A stretch of 64,000 bases of DNA from an uncultured Isosphaeraceae bacterium (GTDB lineage Bacteria; Planctomycetota; GCA-002687715), in assembly GCA_964507445.1 (NCBI GenBank), contig CAZDQF010000005.1, positions 38,436-102,435 on the forward strand. The letters run 5' to 3'. The position numbers and the translations under genes were made by a program. The notes beneath the pieces were generated by a model, which worked only from the letters and a program-made list of their open reading frames with translations, ran no database searches and was not told the origin of the DNA. Shown piece after piece: positions 52,503 to 61,650 of this stretch (its first letter is position 1; every line of letters starts with the position of its first letter).

Positions 52503-55133
52503 TCACTCGTGGGGGTAGGTCAGCGAGAGGCGCACCCCAAGGGAACGCACCCGTTCCTCGGGCGCGGCGTAATGACGCGCGGCCGAGGTGCAGAAAGGCG
52601 CGGCCAGAGCGAAGGAGCCGCCCCGATGCACCCGCACGGGGCTCTGACCGGACGCTCGCAGGCCGTCCCGCGGACGGACCGAGCAGGTGTATCCGGCCAT
52701 GCCGTCCCGGCACCACTCCGAGACGTTGCCGATGACGTCGTGGAGCCCGAACCCGTTGGGAGCGTAGGACCCGACCACGGCAAGGTCCGCGCGGCCGTCG
52801 TCCAGCCCTGCCGTGGGGATGGAGGTGAGCCTCCTCCCGGAAAAGGACCCCTCATCCAGGATGTTGGCGAACCCCCGCAACGAAGTCACGCTGCTCCCGG
52901 TCGGGAACACGGCCCGTGAACCGCCTCGGGCCGCATGCTCCCACTGCGCCTCCGTCGGCACCTCGAGACCGAGGGCCCGGGCCACCCTCGACACCTCCTC
53001 CCAGGAGACGTATCCCGCCGGGATGTTCTCGGCCAACTCTCCCGCCTCGGACCCGTCACGCTCGCGCGCGAGGAACCTCCGCCACTGGTTCTCCGTCAAC
53101 TCGTACTTGGAGATGAAGAAGGCGGACAGCCGTACCTGGTGGACCGGTCCCACGTCCACCTCCGCGAACCGGTCGACGTTGTGCTCTTCATCCGCTCCCT
53201 CAGCAGGAGGGGACGCCCCCATGTGAAAGCTCGCCGGAGGCAGGAGCACCAGGATGATGCCTCCGGCCAGGCCCGGGCGCCAACGCCTCTGGCCCTCATC
53301 CCACCTCGGGGCGGCGCCGGACTCCACGTGCCAGAAGTTCCAGAGCCCCGAACGCTCGTCCCTGCCCAGCGGCACCAGACCAGGAACGGGCCTCAGCGAG
53401 ACTTCCGTGAACGCCCCACCACGACTCAGGTCTCTCAGGCACCGATCCCACGCCTCACGAGCGTTCAACAAGGAGCGCGTCCGATAGGTCCTGGATCGCC
53501 TCAGGCGATCCGTGACGGAAGCCATGGCGTCATCCAGTTGCACGTACAGATCGATGAGCTCTTCCAGCTGCTCCTCGAAGAACTGGTCCCTCTCGTCCGC
53601 GTAGGACCAGTGCAGGCGGAGGTCCGTCACCAGAGCCAGGCGCTCCCGCTCCTCGCTCCAGGAAGCACGTCGCTCGTCGCTGACGTCACTTGTCCGGAGC
53701 GACGCCTCCAGCTCTTCCATGCGACGAACCTCGTTCGGATAACCGAGTCGCCGCTCGGCAGAAGAGTAGGGCAACGCACGGATCCTGAGGCGTCTCAAGG
53801 ACCGGGCGTGCACGCCCTCGTTTCTCGCCAGGGACCGAGCGTCTCGCAACCACTCCCGACATGAGTCGACCAACCTCGGACCCACGGGCCAGAGCCCCTG
53901 GTGGCTGGCGAGCAGCCGGCGCAGCTTGACCGTGTCCGACAGCTGCAGCACGTCGTCCAGCGCCTGGGTCAACTCTCGCTCGGCCCGTTGTGCCCGGTCC
54001 GCCTCCTGCTGTTCCTGGCGCCAGAAGCTCCACGACACGGTGGCGGCGATGGTGAGCACCGTGAGAATGAGGGCGATCATCCCCACCGCCCACCGGTGCC
54101 GTGTCAGGGTCTTCCTGAGCAGGTACCACCGGCCGTCTCCTCGCGCCTCCACCGCCACCCCCGCGAGCCAGCGGTCCAGGTCACGGCCGAGGGCCTCCGC
54201 GGATTGAAACCTCCGGTCCGGTTCCTTCTGCAACGCACACATGATGATGGCGTCCAGATCCCGGCCTACTTGTGGATTGATCCGGACGACCGGCTCCGGG
54301 TCGGTGTGGGTGATGGCCCTCACCAGCCCTGCGATCGACGCCGCGCCCTGCCACGCGCGCTGGCCCGCGAACGACTCGTACAACAACAAGCCGAGAGCGT
54401 GCACGTCGGTCCGCACGTCCACGAGGGAAGGGTCGTCAGCCAGCTGCTCGGGGGACGCGTAGGGCAGGGTCCCGGCGAACTCTCCGGTCTGGGTCAGCTC
54501 CCGGGAGCGGGTGGCGTGGAACGCCGGCTTGGCGACGCCGAAGTCGAGGATGTGTGGATCTCCGGCTCCATCGATGAGGATGTTCGACGGCTTGAGGTCA
54601 CGGTGAATGACACCACGCTGATGGGCGAAGTGGACGGCGCGACAGAGCTTGCGGAACAGCTCCACCCGGCGCCGCAGGGGTGGCTCTTCATCTTCCATCC
54701 AGACGTCCAGGTGGCGGCCGTCGATGAACTCCATGGCGAGGAACCGCGCCCCCGCGACCTGACCGCTGTCGTAGAGCCGGACGATGTTGGGGTGCTCGAG
54801 CATGCGGATGATCTCGAACTCCAGCTCCATCCGCTTGACCGCCTGGGGAGAAGCGCCCTGCTCCGTGATGATCTTGAGCGCCACGGGGCGCTGGGTGCTC
54901 TGCTGCAGGGCCTTGACCACCAGTCCCTGGCCACCCCGGCGGATCACCTCCTGGAAGACGTAGCCCTCCGGCATGGGAGGCAGTGGCTGCGCCACGGAGT
55001 CCGTGTCCTCGACCGGGAGGTCGTGGCGGTGGTGCTGCAACAGGCCCACCAGGGAGTCGTGGACGTTCATCCCCGCCAGGAACTCCAACTCCCGGTCATC
55101 ACTCTGTTCGCGGCGACGCCACGGCACCCTCAC
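52503..55133 (-). CDS. Ser/Thr protein kinase fused to C-terminal formylglycine-generating-enzyme (FGE/SUMF1) domain
   Basis: Kinase motifs VALKII, HRDLKPSNILID, DFGVAKP and SPEQ. A membrane helix GMIALILTVLTIAATVSW and a long helical region follow. The C-terminal 300 aa carries FGE-sulfatase motifs (YVSWEE...EAQWEHAARGG...GNVSEWCRD...RVHRGGSF). GTG 55133 lies 1 nt after the sigma-factor stop; alternative ATG 55070. Confidence 0.8.
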   Translation of the reverse strand: MRVPWRRREQSDDRELEFLAGMNVHDSLVGLLQHHRHDLPVEDTDSVAQPLPPMPEGYVFQEVIRRGGQGLVVKALQQSTQRPVALKIITEQGASPQAVKRMELEFEIIRMLEHPNIVRLYDSGQVAGARFLAMEFIDGRHLDVWMEDEEPPLRRRVELFRKLCRAVHFAHQRGVIHRDLKPSNILIDGAGDPHILDFGVAKPAFHATRSRELTQTGEFAGTLPYASPEQLADDPSLVDVRTDVHALGLLLYESFAGQRAWQGAASIAGLVRAITHTDPEPVVRINPQVGRDLDAIIMCALQKEPDRRFQSAEALGRDLDRWLAGVAVEARGDGRWYLLRKTLTRHRWAVGMIALILTVLTIAATVSWSFWRQEQQEADRAQRAERELTQALDDVLQLSDTVKLRRLLASHQGLWPVGPRLVDSCREWLRDARSLARNEGVHARSLRRLRIRALPYSSAERRLGYPNEVRRMEELEASLRTSDVSDERRASWSEERERLALVTDLRLHWSYADERDQFFEEQLEELIDLYVQLDDAMASVTDRLRRSRTYRTRSLLNAREAWDRCLRDLSRGGAFTEVSLRPVPGLVPLGRDERSGLWNFWHVESGAAPRWDEGQRRWRPGLAGGIILVLLPPASFHMGASPPAEGADEEHNVDRFAEVDVGPVHQVRLSAFFISKYELTENQWRRFLARERDGSEAGELAENIPAGYVSWEEVSRVARALGLEVPTEAQWEHAARGGSRAVFPTGSSVTSLRGFANILDEGSFSGRRLTSIPTAGLDDGRADLAVVGSYAPNGFGLHDVIGNVSEWCRDGMAGYTCSVRPRDGLRASGQSPVRVHRGGSFALAAPFCTSAARHYAAPEERVRSLGVRLSLTYPHE

Positions 55134-55134
55134 G

Positions 55135-55731
55135 TCAGTCCAGGCTCTCGAACGCTGCCTGCAACTCCGACATGCGACGCAGGACCCGGTACTTCGACAG
55201 ATAGACCGAGCGCCGCGATATCCCCAGCTCCTCCGCCACTTGCGCGGCGGGGAGGCCGTGAAGAGATGTCAGCAGGAAGGCGCGATACGGCGCGTAGGAG
55301 AACTCCATCCGGACCCGCTGCAGGCATCGGGCCAACACCTCCCGATCCCAGGCCTCCTCGAATCGAGCAGCGGCGCTGGGGTCTTCGATGTCGAGGCCAC
55401 GATCCTCGGAGTCGGCGTCGCAAGACACGGTGCGCCGGGCGGCCAGGGTGCCGCGGGAACGGAAGTGATCAACCATCAAGCGGTGGGTGATGGTGAACAA
55501 CCAGGAACGAAGCCCACCCTTGGCTCGCTCGTAGCGCCCCTCCTGATACGCCGAAGCAAATCGCATGAGGGCGGCCTGGGCCAGGTCCTCCGCATCGGCG
55601 TCCTGCATGCCGGACTTGCGGGTGTGGGCCACCAGGATGGGCAGGACGCGGTCAACGAAGCCACCCCACGCTTCGGCATTGCTGAAGTCACGCAGGTCTG
55701 CCAGCAAAGCTGACGTCGTGCTCCACTCCAT
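55135..55731 (-). CDS. ECF-type RNA polymerase sigma factor
   Basis: Internal ATG 55731 (MEWSTTS...). Region 2 (ADAEDLAQAALMRF) and region 4 (LPAAQVAEELGISRRSVYLSKYRVLRRM). Translationally coupled to the downstream kinase-FGE gene. Confidence 0.75.
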   Translation of the reverse strand: MEWSTTSALLADLRDFSNAEAWGGFVDRVLPILVAHTRKSGMQDADAEDLAQAALMRFASAYQEGRYERAKGGLRSWLFTITHRLMVDHFRSRGTLAARRTVSCDADSEDRGLDIEDPSAAARFEEAWDREVLARCLQRVRMEFSYAPYRAFLLTSLHGLPAAQVAEELGISRRSVYLSKYRVLRRMSELQAAFESLD

Positions 55732-56060
55732 GACGCTCTCTTCTCCCGGGGGCGCAAGATCCCCCGCGTCCGTCTTGGACGTCGGCCCAGATCGCAGCGG
55801 GGCACGGAACTCCTGGAGGTACGAAGTCGGGTTCCGGTTTTTGAGAGAAAAAAACCGCGGCGTTGGGGAGAGGCAACGCAAAGGCGACTCCGTTCCGGTC
55901 AGTAACCCTGGTGGGCAGAGGACGGGCCGAAACGGAGTCGCCGTAGCCATCGTGACCCGAGGTCACCGCCGTCGGCCAGCGCGAAATCCCCTAATCTGGC
56001 CGCAGGATTACCGGAAACTCCGTCTATGGAGCCGTTGCACGCCACCCCCATCCGAGCCCC

Positions 56061-57269
56061 TCAAGGCTGGAGAAGTTGGCTCCAGACCCGCTCCACGCGC
56101 CCGAACACCGCCGCCCAGGTGAATCGGCGGAGGTCCAGAGGCTCCGCGTCAGCCTCTCTCAGGGATCTCTGGATGGCCTCCCCCAACCGGACCGAGAAGT
56201 CCCTACGACCCCCCTCGGAGGGCCGGTCGATGCCCGCCATGGCCGGAAGGTTCACGGGGCGCAGGCAATCTCCGAGCCCACTGGCCAGTTCGTTCATGAC
56301 CCCCGGAAGGGCCGTGGCCACCAGCCGGCAACCGCTGGCGGCGGCCTCCACCAAGACCAGCGGCAGGCCTTCGAAGTAGGACGGCAGGACGAACACCCGG
56401 GTCTGGCGCAGCAACCGCGCCAGCTGTTCCTGATCGAGACGGCCGTGCCAGGTCACGTTGGGGAGCGCAGCCATCCGGTCCCGAGCGGACTCCGCTTCCG
56501 GCCCCGCGCCGTCCCCTGCCACGTGGAGCGGGAACCCGTGTCGCTCCGCCGCATCCAGGAGCTCCGGCAGGCCTTTCGCCGCGCTCAACTTGCCGGCGTA
56601 GGCCACCCCATCACGCGCAACACCGTCGCCTCGGTCAAACAGGTCCTCGCGGTAACCAGCCCCCACCACCTGCACGCGCTCCGGGAACAACCCATAGGCC
56701 TCCGTGTAGGCCTCCCGATGCTGACCGTGGAGGGTCAACCAGGCGTCCGCGTCGCGACACGCGCTGGTGACCCGTGCCCGCAGATGGTCGCAGGTGGCCA
56801 GCTGACGGAGCGCCGTGCCGTGGGTGTGGATCACCACGGGGACGGAGGCGGCCACCTCCCGGACGACGCCCGCGACGACCCAGCCATGATGAGCGTGAAT
56901 CACCTGGGGCCTCACGCGCTGCACCACCGCCTTGAGGTGCCGACGCCAGGCCCCTCCGTAGACCTCGAGCTGCTCCTCGTCCATCTCGGACCAGACGGTG
57001 CTGACGTAGGGCATCACGTCCGACATGCCGGGGACCGGAAACGGCACCGCGGCCTCGCTCTCCGCAGGGGTGGTCGCGAAGGTGAGGGGGTGCACGCGGT
57101 CAGGGTCCAGCCCTCCGACCTCCGGTCTCGGATCTGAAGCCGGGACTCCGCAGACAACGTGCTGGTCCCAGCCGCAGCGCGTCGCCTCCCGCACCAACGC
57201 GTCGAGGGTGACGCCGCTGCCGGTGAGGAAAGGTCGCTGAGACAGCACATGCAGCACGCGGCCGCTCAT
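56061..57269 (-). CDS. glycosyltransferase family 4 (GT-B fold)
   Basis: IHAHHGW in the N-terminal domain and E-x7-E-type GLPLVLVEAAASG in the C-terminal domain. Confidence 0.7.
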   Translation of the reverse strand: MSGRVLHVLSQRPFLTGSGVTLDALVREATRCGWDQHVVCGVPASDPRPEVGGLDPDRVHPLTFATTPAESEAAVPFPVPGMSDVMPYVSTVWSEMDEEQLEVYGGAWRRHLKAVVQRVRPQVIHAHHGWVVAGVVREVAASVPVVIHTHGTALRQLATCDHLRARVTSACRDADAWLTLHGQHREAYTEAYGLFPERVQVVGAGYREDLFDRGDGVARDGVAYAGKLSAAKGLPELLDAAERHGFPLHVAGDGAGPEAESARDRMAALPNVTWHGRLDQEQLARLLRQTRVFVLPSYFEGLPLVLVEAAASGCRLVATALPGVMNELASGLGDCLRPVNLPAMAGIDRPSEGGRRDFSVRLGEAIQRSLREADAEPLDLRRFTWAAVFGRVERVWSQLLQP

Positions 57270-57297
57270 GGCCTCCTCCTCGGTGAGCCCCGGATCA

Positions 57298-59733
57298 TCA
57301 ACACCGGACCCGAGCGCTCTTGGGGTCGTAGGCAGGCCGCAAGGAGGCCCGGGCAGACACGGGATGACCGTTCACGACCACGTCGTAACGACCGGCCACG
57401 AGCCAGTCCTTGGTGACCCGCTCCGGACCCCGGACGTAGCCGAGCCCCACGGCGCCTCCCAACGTGTGACCGTAGGCGCCCGACGTCGTGTGACCCACCA
57501 CCGCTCCGTCGCGGAGGATCGGTTCCTGACCCCACAAGACCGGCTCCGGGTCTTCCAGGACGAGCTGGACGAGCCGACGGGTGACCCCGGACTCCCGCTG
57601 CCGCACCACCACCTCCCGGCCCAGGAAGTCCTTGGACAGGTCACAGAACATGGAGAGCCCGGCCTGGACAGGGGTATCGTCGGGGCTGAGCTCCGCGCCC
57701 CACGCCCGGTAGGCCTTCTCGAGCCTGCAGGCGTTCACCGCGTAGTGACCCGCGTCCCGGAGCCCCAGGTCTTCCCCTGCCTCATGCAGCGCCGTGTGCA
57801 CGCGCACCATGTCCGACGGGTCCACATGGACCTCGTAGCCCAGCTCCCCCACGTAGGTGATGCGCAGCGCGCTCACCGTGGCCCCGGCCAGCTGGAAGCG
57901 CTGCGCCGTGCCGAAGGGGAAGCTCTCGTTGCCGAGGTCGTGATCCGTCAGCCGGCTCATCAACGCCCTCGTGTGGGGGCCCATGATCCCGATGACGCCC
58001 ACCGCCTGCGTCACGTCCTCCACCTCCACACCCATACCCCGGGCGTTGGCTCGGACCCACGCCAGGTCGTGCCAGCGTTGGCCGCTGGAGGTCACCAGGA
58101 TGAAGCAATCCGGGAGACGCAACACCGTCAGGTCACTCTCGAAGGTCCCCCGCTGGTTGAGCATGGCCGTGTACACCAGCTTGCCGGGGTCCACGTCCAC
58201 GTTGTTGGCGCACAGGCGCTGCAGGAGGTCGCGGCTCTCCGGGCCCGACACCCGGATCTTGCCGAAGGAGGACTGGTCGAACAGAGCCACCCCCTCGCGA
58301 ACAGCCCGGACCTCCTCCGCCACCGCGCCATGCCAGTTCTGACGGCCCCAGGCGTACTCGTTCACAGGGTCCTCGCCAGGTCGAGCGAACCAGTTGGGCC
58401 GCTCCCAGCCCGCCCGCTGACCGAAGCACGCGCCTCGCGCCGCCAGGGAGTCGTGCAACGGTGACTCGAGCAGCCCCCGCCCGGTCTCCATCTCCCGGTT
58501 GGGCCAGGCCATCTGGTAGTGGAGCCCGAGCACCTCGCCGACCCGCGATTGAAGAAAGGACGGGTCGTTGTGCATCGCGCCGAAGCGGGTCGGGTCCACG
58601 CTCCACAGATCCATGGTCGCGGAGCCTTCCGTCATCCACTCAGCGAGCACGCGGCCGGCGCCTCCGGCGGTGGCGATGCCGACGCTGTTGAAGCCGGCGG
58701 CGATCCAGAGACCGTCAACGCCGGGTCCGGGACCCAGGATGAAGCTGTTGTCGGGGGTGAAGCTCTCGGGTCCGTTGATGAAGTCCGGGAACTCCGCGTC
58801 ACGCAGGGCGGGGATGAGCTTGCGGCCAGCGGCCAGGGGGTCGGCGAATCCCGGCCAGTCGGGTTCGAAGAGACCGAAGCTGAAGTCCCCGGGCACCGGG
58901 TCCACATCCCAGGGCTTGCTGCGGTCCTGGAACGCCCCCAGCATCATGCGATCCCCTTCCGGGCGCACGTAGATCTTGAGGTCCGGGTCCCGGAGCATGG
59001 GCAGGTCATCGTGGGTGCCGGCGATGGGCTCGCTCACCACGTAATGGTGCTCCACGGGCCAGAGCGGCACGGTCAATCCGCACCGGGCCGCCAGGTCCCG
59101 TGTCCACATCCCTCCACACAGGGCCACGTGTTCGGCGGAGACATCACCTTGATCGGTTCGCACGCCGACCACCCTGTCACCTTCCCGCAACACCTCCGTG
59201 ACGCGGACACCCTCCTGAAGAACGGCGCCTCGTGAGCGCGCCCCTGCGGCGAGAGACGCCACCAGGTCCTGGGGCACCACGCGGCCGTCGTGAGGCAGCC
59301 ACGCGCCACCGAGCACCTGCGCCGCGTCCATGTGAGGCCAGAGCTCGGCGCAGCGGTCCCGGTCGATGATCTCGGCCTCCACTCCGAAGACCTCGGCCAT
59401 GGCGACGGTGCGGCGCAGCTGCACCATGCGCTCCTCGCTGCGGCCGACGATCAGGCTGCCGGTCTGACGCCACGAGCAGGAGACCCCGGTCTCGGCTTCG
59501 AGCCGGGAGTACAGCTCCACGCTCTCCTTGTTGATCCTGGTCAGGGAATTGGAGGTCCGCAACCGACCCACCATGCCCGCCGCGTGCCAGGTGGAGCCGC
59601 CGGCCAGCTCTCCCTGCTCGAGCAGCAGGACCTCGTCGTGTCCGTGACGGACCAGGTGGTAGGCGAGGCTCGTCCCCATGGCACCGCCCCCCACGATCAC
59701 GATCCGGGAAGCTGCGGGGAGCGCCTGGGCCAT
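57298..59733 (-). CDS. FAD-dependent oxidoreductase fused to aminomethyltransferase (GcvT) folate-binding domain; dimethylglycine/sarcosine dehydrogenase family
   Basis: IVIVGGGAMGTSLAYHL FAD motif and a DAO domain of about 420 aa, then a GcvT-like domain (GHTTSGAYGHTLGGAVGLGYV). 811 aa. Confidence 0.75.
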   Translation of the reverse strand: MAQALPAASRIVIVGGGAMGTSLAYHLVRHGHDEVLLLEQGELAGGSTWHAAGMVGRLRTSNSLTRINKESVELYSRLEAETGVSCSWRQTGSLIVGRSEERMVQLRRTVAMAEVFGVEAEIIDRDRCAELWPHMDAAQVLGGAWLPHDGRVVPQDLVASLAAGARSRGAVLQEGVRVTEVLREGDRVVGVRTDQGDVSAEHVALCGGMWTRDLAARCGLTVPLWPVEHHYVVSEPIAGTHDDLPMLRDPDLKIYVRPEGDRMMLGAFQDRSKPWDVDPVPGDFSFGLFEPDWPGFADPLAAGRKLIPALRDAEFPDFINGPESFTPDNSFILGPGPGVDGLWIAAGFNSVGIATAGGAGRVLAEWMTEGSATMDLWSVDPTRFGAMHNDPSFLQSRVGEVLGLHYQMAWPNREMETGRGLLESPLHDSLAARGACFGQRAGWERPNWFARPGEDPVNEYAWGRQNWHGAVAEEVRAVREGVALFDQSSFGKIRVSGPESRDLLQRLCANNVDVDPGKLVYTAMLNQRGTFESDLTVLRLPDCFILVTSSGQRWHDLAWVRANARGMGVEVEDVTQAVGVIGIMGPHTRALMSRLTDHDLGNESFPFGTAQRFQLAGATVSALRITYVGELGYEVHVDPSDMVRVHTALHEAGEDLGLRDAGHYAVNACRLEKAYRAWGAELSPDDTPVQAGLSMFCDLSKDFLGREVVVRQRESGVTRRLVQLVLEDPEPVLWGQEPILRDGAVVGHTTSGAYGHTLGGAVGLGYVRGPERVTKDWLVAGRYDVVVNGHPVSARASLRPAYDPKSARVRC

Positions 59734-60840
59734 TCAACGAATCTCCATGTCTGACAACGTCCTGCCCACGGCGTCCAACAAGGCGCGCACGTCATCCGGA
59801 GAGAGGTGCCCGATGGTCCCGATGCGGAAGCACCGAGCCTGCGTCAGCTTGCCGGGGTAGATCACGAACCCCCGTTCGTTGAGCCGCTCGTAGAACCCCT
59901 CGAACGTGAAACTCGGATCGTCCGGGTAGTGAAAGGCGGTGATGATCGGGCCCTGGACCTGCTCTGATAGGTAGGGGGTGAAGCCCAGCTCCTTCATGCC
60001 GCGGACGAGCAGTCGGTGGTTCTCCGCGTAGCGACGTCCGCGGGCCACGGGCCCTCCCTCCGCCTCCAGCTCCCGCAGGGCTTGCCGGAACGCCAGCAGG
60101 GCGTGGGTGGGAGGGGTGAAGCGGAACTGCCCATTGTCCTCCAGGCCACGCCACTGAGCGAGGAGGTCCAGGCTGACGGTGCGGGCGCGACCCGCGCTGG
60201 CGAGCAGAGCGTCGCGCCGACAGATGACGAAGCAGAACCCCGGCACGCCCTGGATGCACTTGTTGGCGCTGGAGACGAGGTAATCCACGCCCCAGTCGTC
60301 GAGGTCCACCTCCACGGCGCCGAAGGCGCTCATGGAATCGACGATGAAGACCTTGTCGTGTCCGGCCACGAGCCGTCCCATGGAGCTCACCGGGTTCATG
60401 ATCCCGGTGGTGGTCTCGCAATGAACCGTGGCCACCGCCGCGATCCCCGGGTCCTCGGTCAGCGAGCGCTCGAGCGCGCCCAGGTCCGGCGTCTCGTCCT
60501 CCGGGCAACGCAGCTCAAGGGTCTCGACGCCGTGCACCCGGGCGATGGCCGCCATGCGATCCCCGTACGCCCCGTTGATGACCACCAGCAACTTGCCCTG
60601 CGGCGGCAGGACCGAAGACACCACCGCCTCCAGGCCGGAGGTGCCGCTACCTTGCATGGGGATGGCCTCGTATCCAGCCTCCTGGGAGGTGGACGCGAGC
60701 TTGAGGAGGTCACGTCGGATCTCACCCACCGCGTCGATGAACGACCGGTCCCGCGAACCGAGGTCGTGCAACATCGCTTCCTTGACGCCGGGACTGGTGG
60801 TGAGAGGGCCAGGAGTGAAGAGTGGTTTGTCCTGCGACAC
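59734..60840 (-). CDS. phnW: 2-aminoethylphosphonate--pyruvate transaminase
   Basis: LFTPGPLTTSPGVKEAML, SSANKCIQGVPGF, FVIYPGK and CFRIGTIG align closely with Salmonella PhnW. GTG 60840 with a GGAG motif 9 nt upstream. The ORF track over-extends to 61509. Confidence 0.8.
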   Translation of the reverse strand: MSQDKPLFTPGPLTTSPGVKEAMLHDLGSRDRSFIDAVGEIRRDLLKLASTSQEAGYEAIPMQGSGTSGLEAVVSSVLPPQGKLLVVINGAYGDRMAAIARVHGVETLELRCPEDETPDLGALERSLTEDPGIAAVATVHCETTTGIMNPVSSMGRLVAGHDKVFIVDSMSAFGAVEVDLDDWGVDYLVSSANKCIQGVPGFCFVICRRDALLASAGRARTVSLDLLAQWRGLEDNGQFRFTPPTHALLAFRQALRELEAEGGPVARGRRYAENHRLLVRGMKELGFTPYLSEQVQGPIITAFHYPDDPSFTFEGFYERLNERGFVIYPGKLTQARCFRIGTIGHLSPDDVRALLDAVGRTLSDMEIR

Positions 60841-60891
60841 GGGGTCGGACTCCGTGGGAAGGCTATCGGATCCCGTGGACAGCAGCAACGG

Positions 60892-60903
60892 TAGGATGCC
60901 GCC
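60892..60903 (+). promoter_or_regulatory. -10-like TAGGAT lying 6 nt upstream of the HAD-hydrolase ATG
   Basis: TAGGAT at 60892-60897, then GCCGCC, then ATG 60904. Confidence 0.3.
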
Positions 60904-61650
60904 ATGCCGAGCGGAATCACCCTGGACCTGTGGGACACCGTCATTCATGACGACTCGGACGAACCGAAGCGCTCGAGACAGGGGCTGCGATGCAAGGCGG
61001 ACGCCCGGATCGACATCGTCGAGCGCGCCGTTGCCACGGCGGACGCGGGGGTCTTGAGAGAGGATGTGGTGCGTGCATCCCAACTGGCAGCGGAGACGTT
61101 TCGTTCCACCTGGCGTGACCAGCACGTCACCCTCGGGGTGCCGGAGCGGATGGGGTTGATCCTGAGCGCCCTGCGAGTCGAGTTGATCCCGGAGGTCCGC
61201 ACGCGCGCCATCACCGAGCTGGAGGAGCTGGAGTTGGACCCGCCCCCCGATCCGGTGCCGGGGGCGGTCGAAGGGGTCGCTACCCTCGCATCCAGGTGGC
61301 CCCTGGCCATCGTCTCCGACACCGTGTTCTCCCCGGCCCGCTGCCTGCGGGAGATCCTCCGGCTCCACGGCCTCCTGGATCACTTCAACGCCCTGGTGTT
61401 CAGCGACGAAGCGGGCTGTTCCAAGCCGGATCGACGAGTGTTCGAACGCGCCGTGAGCGAGCTGGGCGTGGACAGGGAGAAGACGGTCCACGTGGGTGAC
61501 CGTGAACACAACGACGTGAAGGGCGCCCGGCGGGCCGGAATGAAGACCGTGCTGTTCATCGGCACCCGGGACACGGACCTTGCCGGCACCACCGCTGACG
61601 CCGTTTGCAGGAGCTGGGATGAGCTCCCGGATATCATCAGCGCCCTATGA
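60904..61650 (+). CDS. HAD-superfamily hydrolase (subfamily IA-like)
   Basis: N-terminal LDLWDTVIHDD (HAD motif I variant), then SDT..., K..., GDREHNDV motif IV. A PhnX-like phosphonatase role is possible but not demonstrated. Confidence 0.6.
   Translation: MPSGITLDLWDTVIHDDSDEPKRSRQGLRCKADARIDIVERAVATADAGVLREDVVRASQLAAETFRSTWRDQHVTLGVPERMGLILSALRVELIPEVRTRAITELEELELDPPPDPVPGAVEGVATLASRWPLAIVSDTVFSPARCLREILRLHGLLDHFNALVFSDEAGCSKPDRRVFERAVSELGVDREKTVHVGDREHNDVKGARRAGMKTVLFIGTRDTDLAGTTADAVCRSWDELPDIISAL

Noticed and set aside
55834-55860. The A/T hairpin as a terminator for the glycosyltransferase gene.
   Set aside because: The stem is almost entirely A-T and is not followed by a U-run on the minus strand.
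60904-61650. Calling the HAD hydrolase PhnX (phosphonoacetaldehyde hydrolase).
   Set aside because: Motif I is DLWDT, not the PhnX DWAGT with its Schiff-base Lys context. Family-level HAD assignment only.
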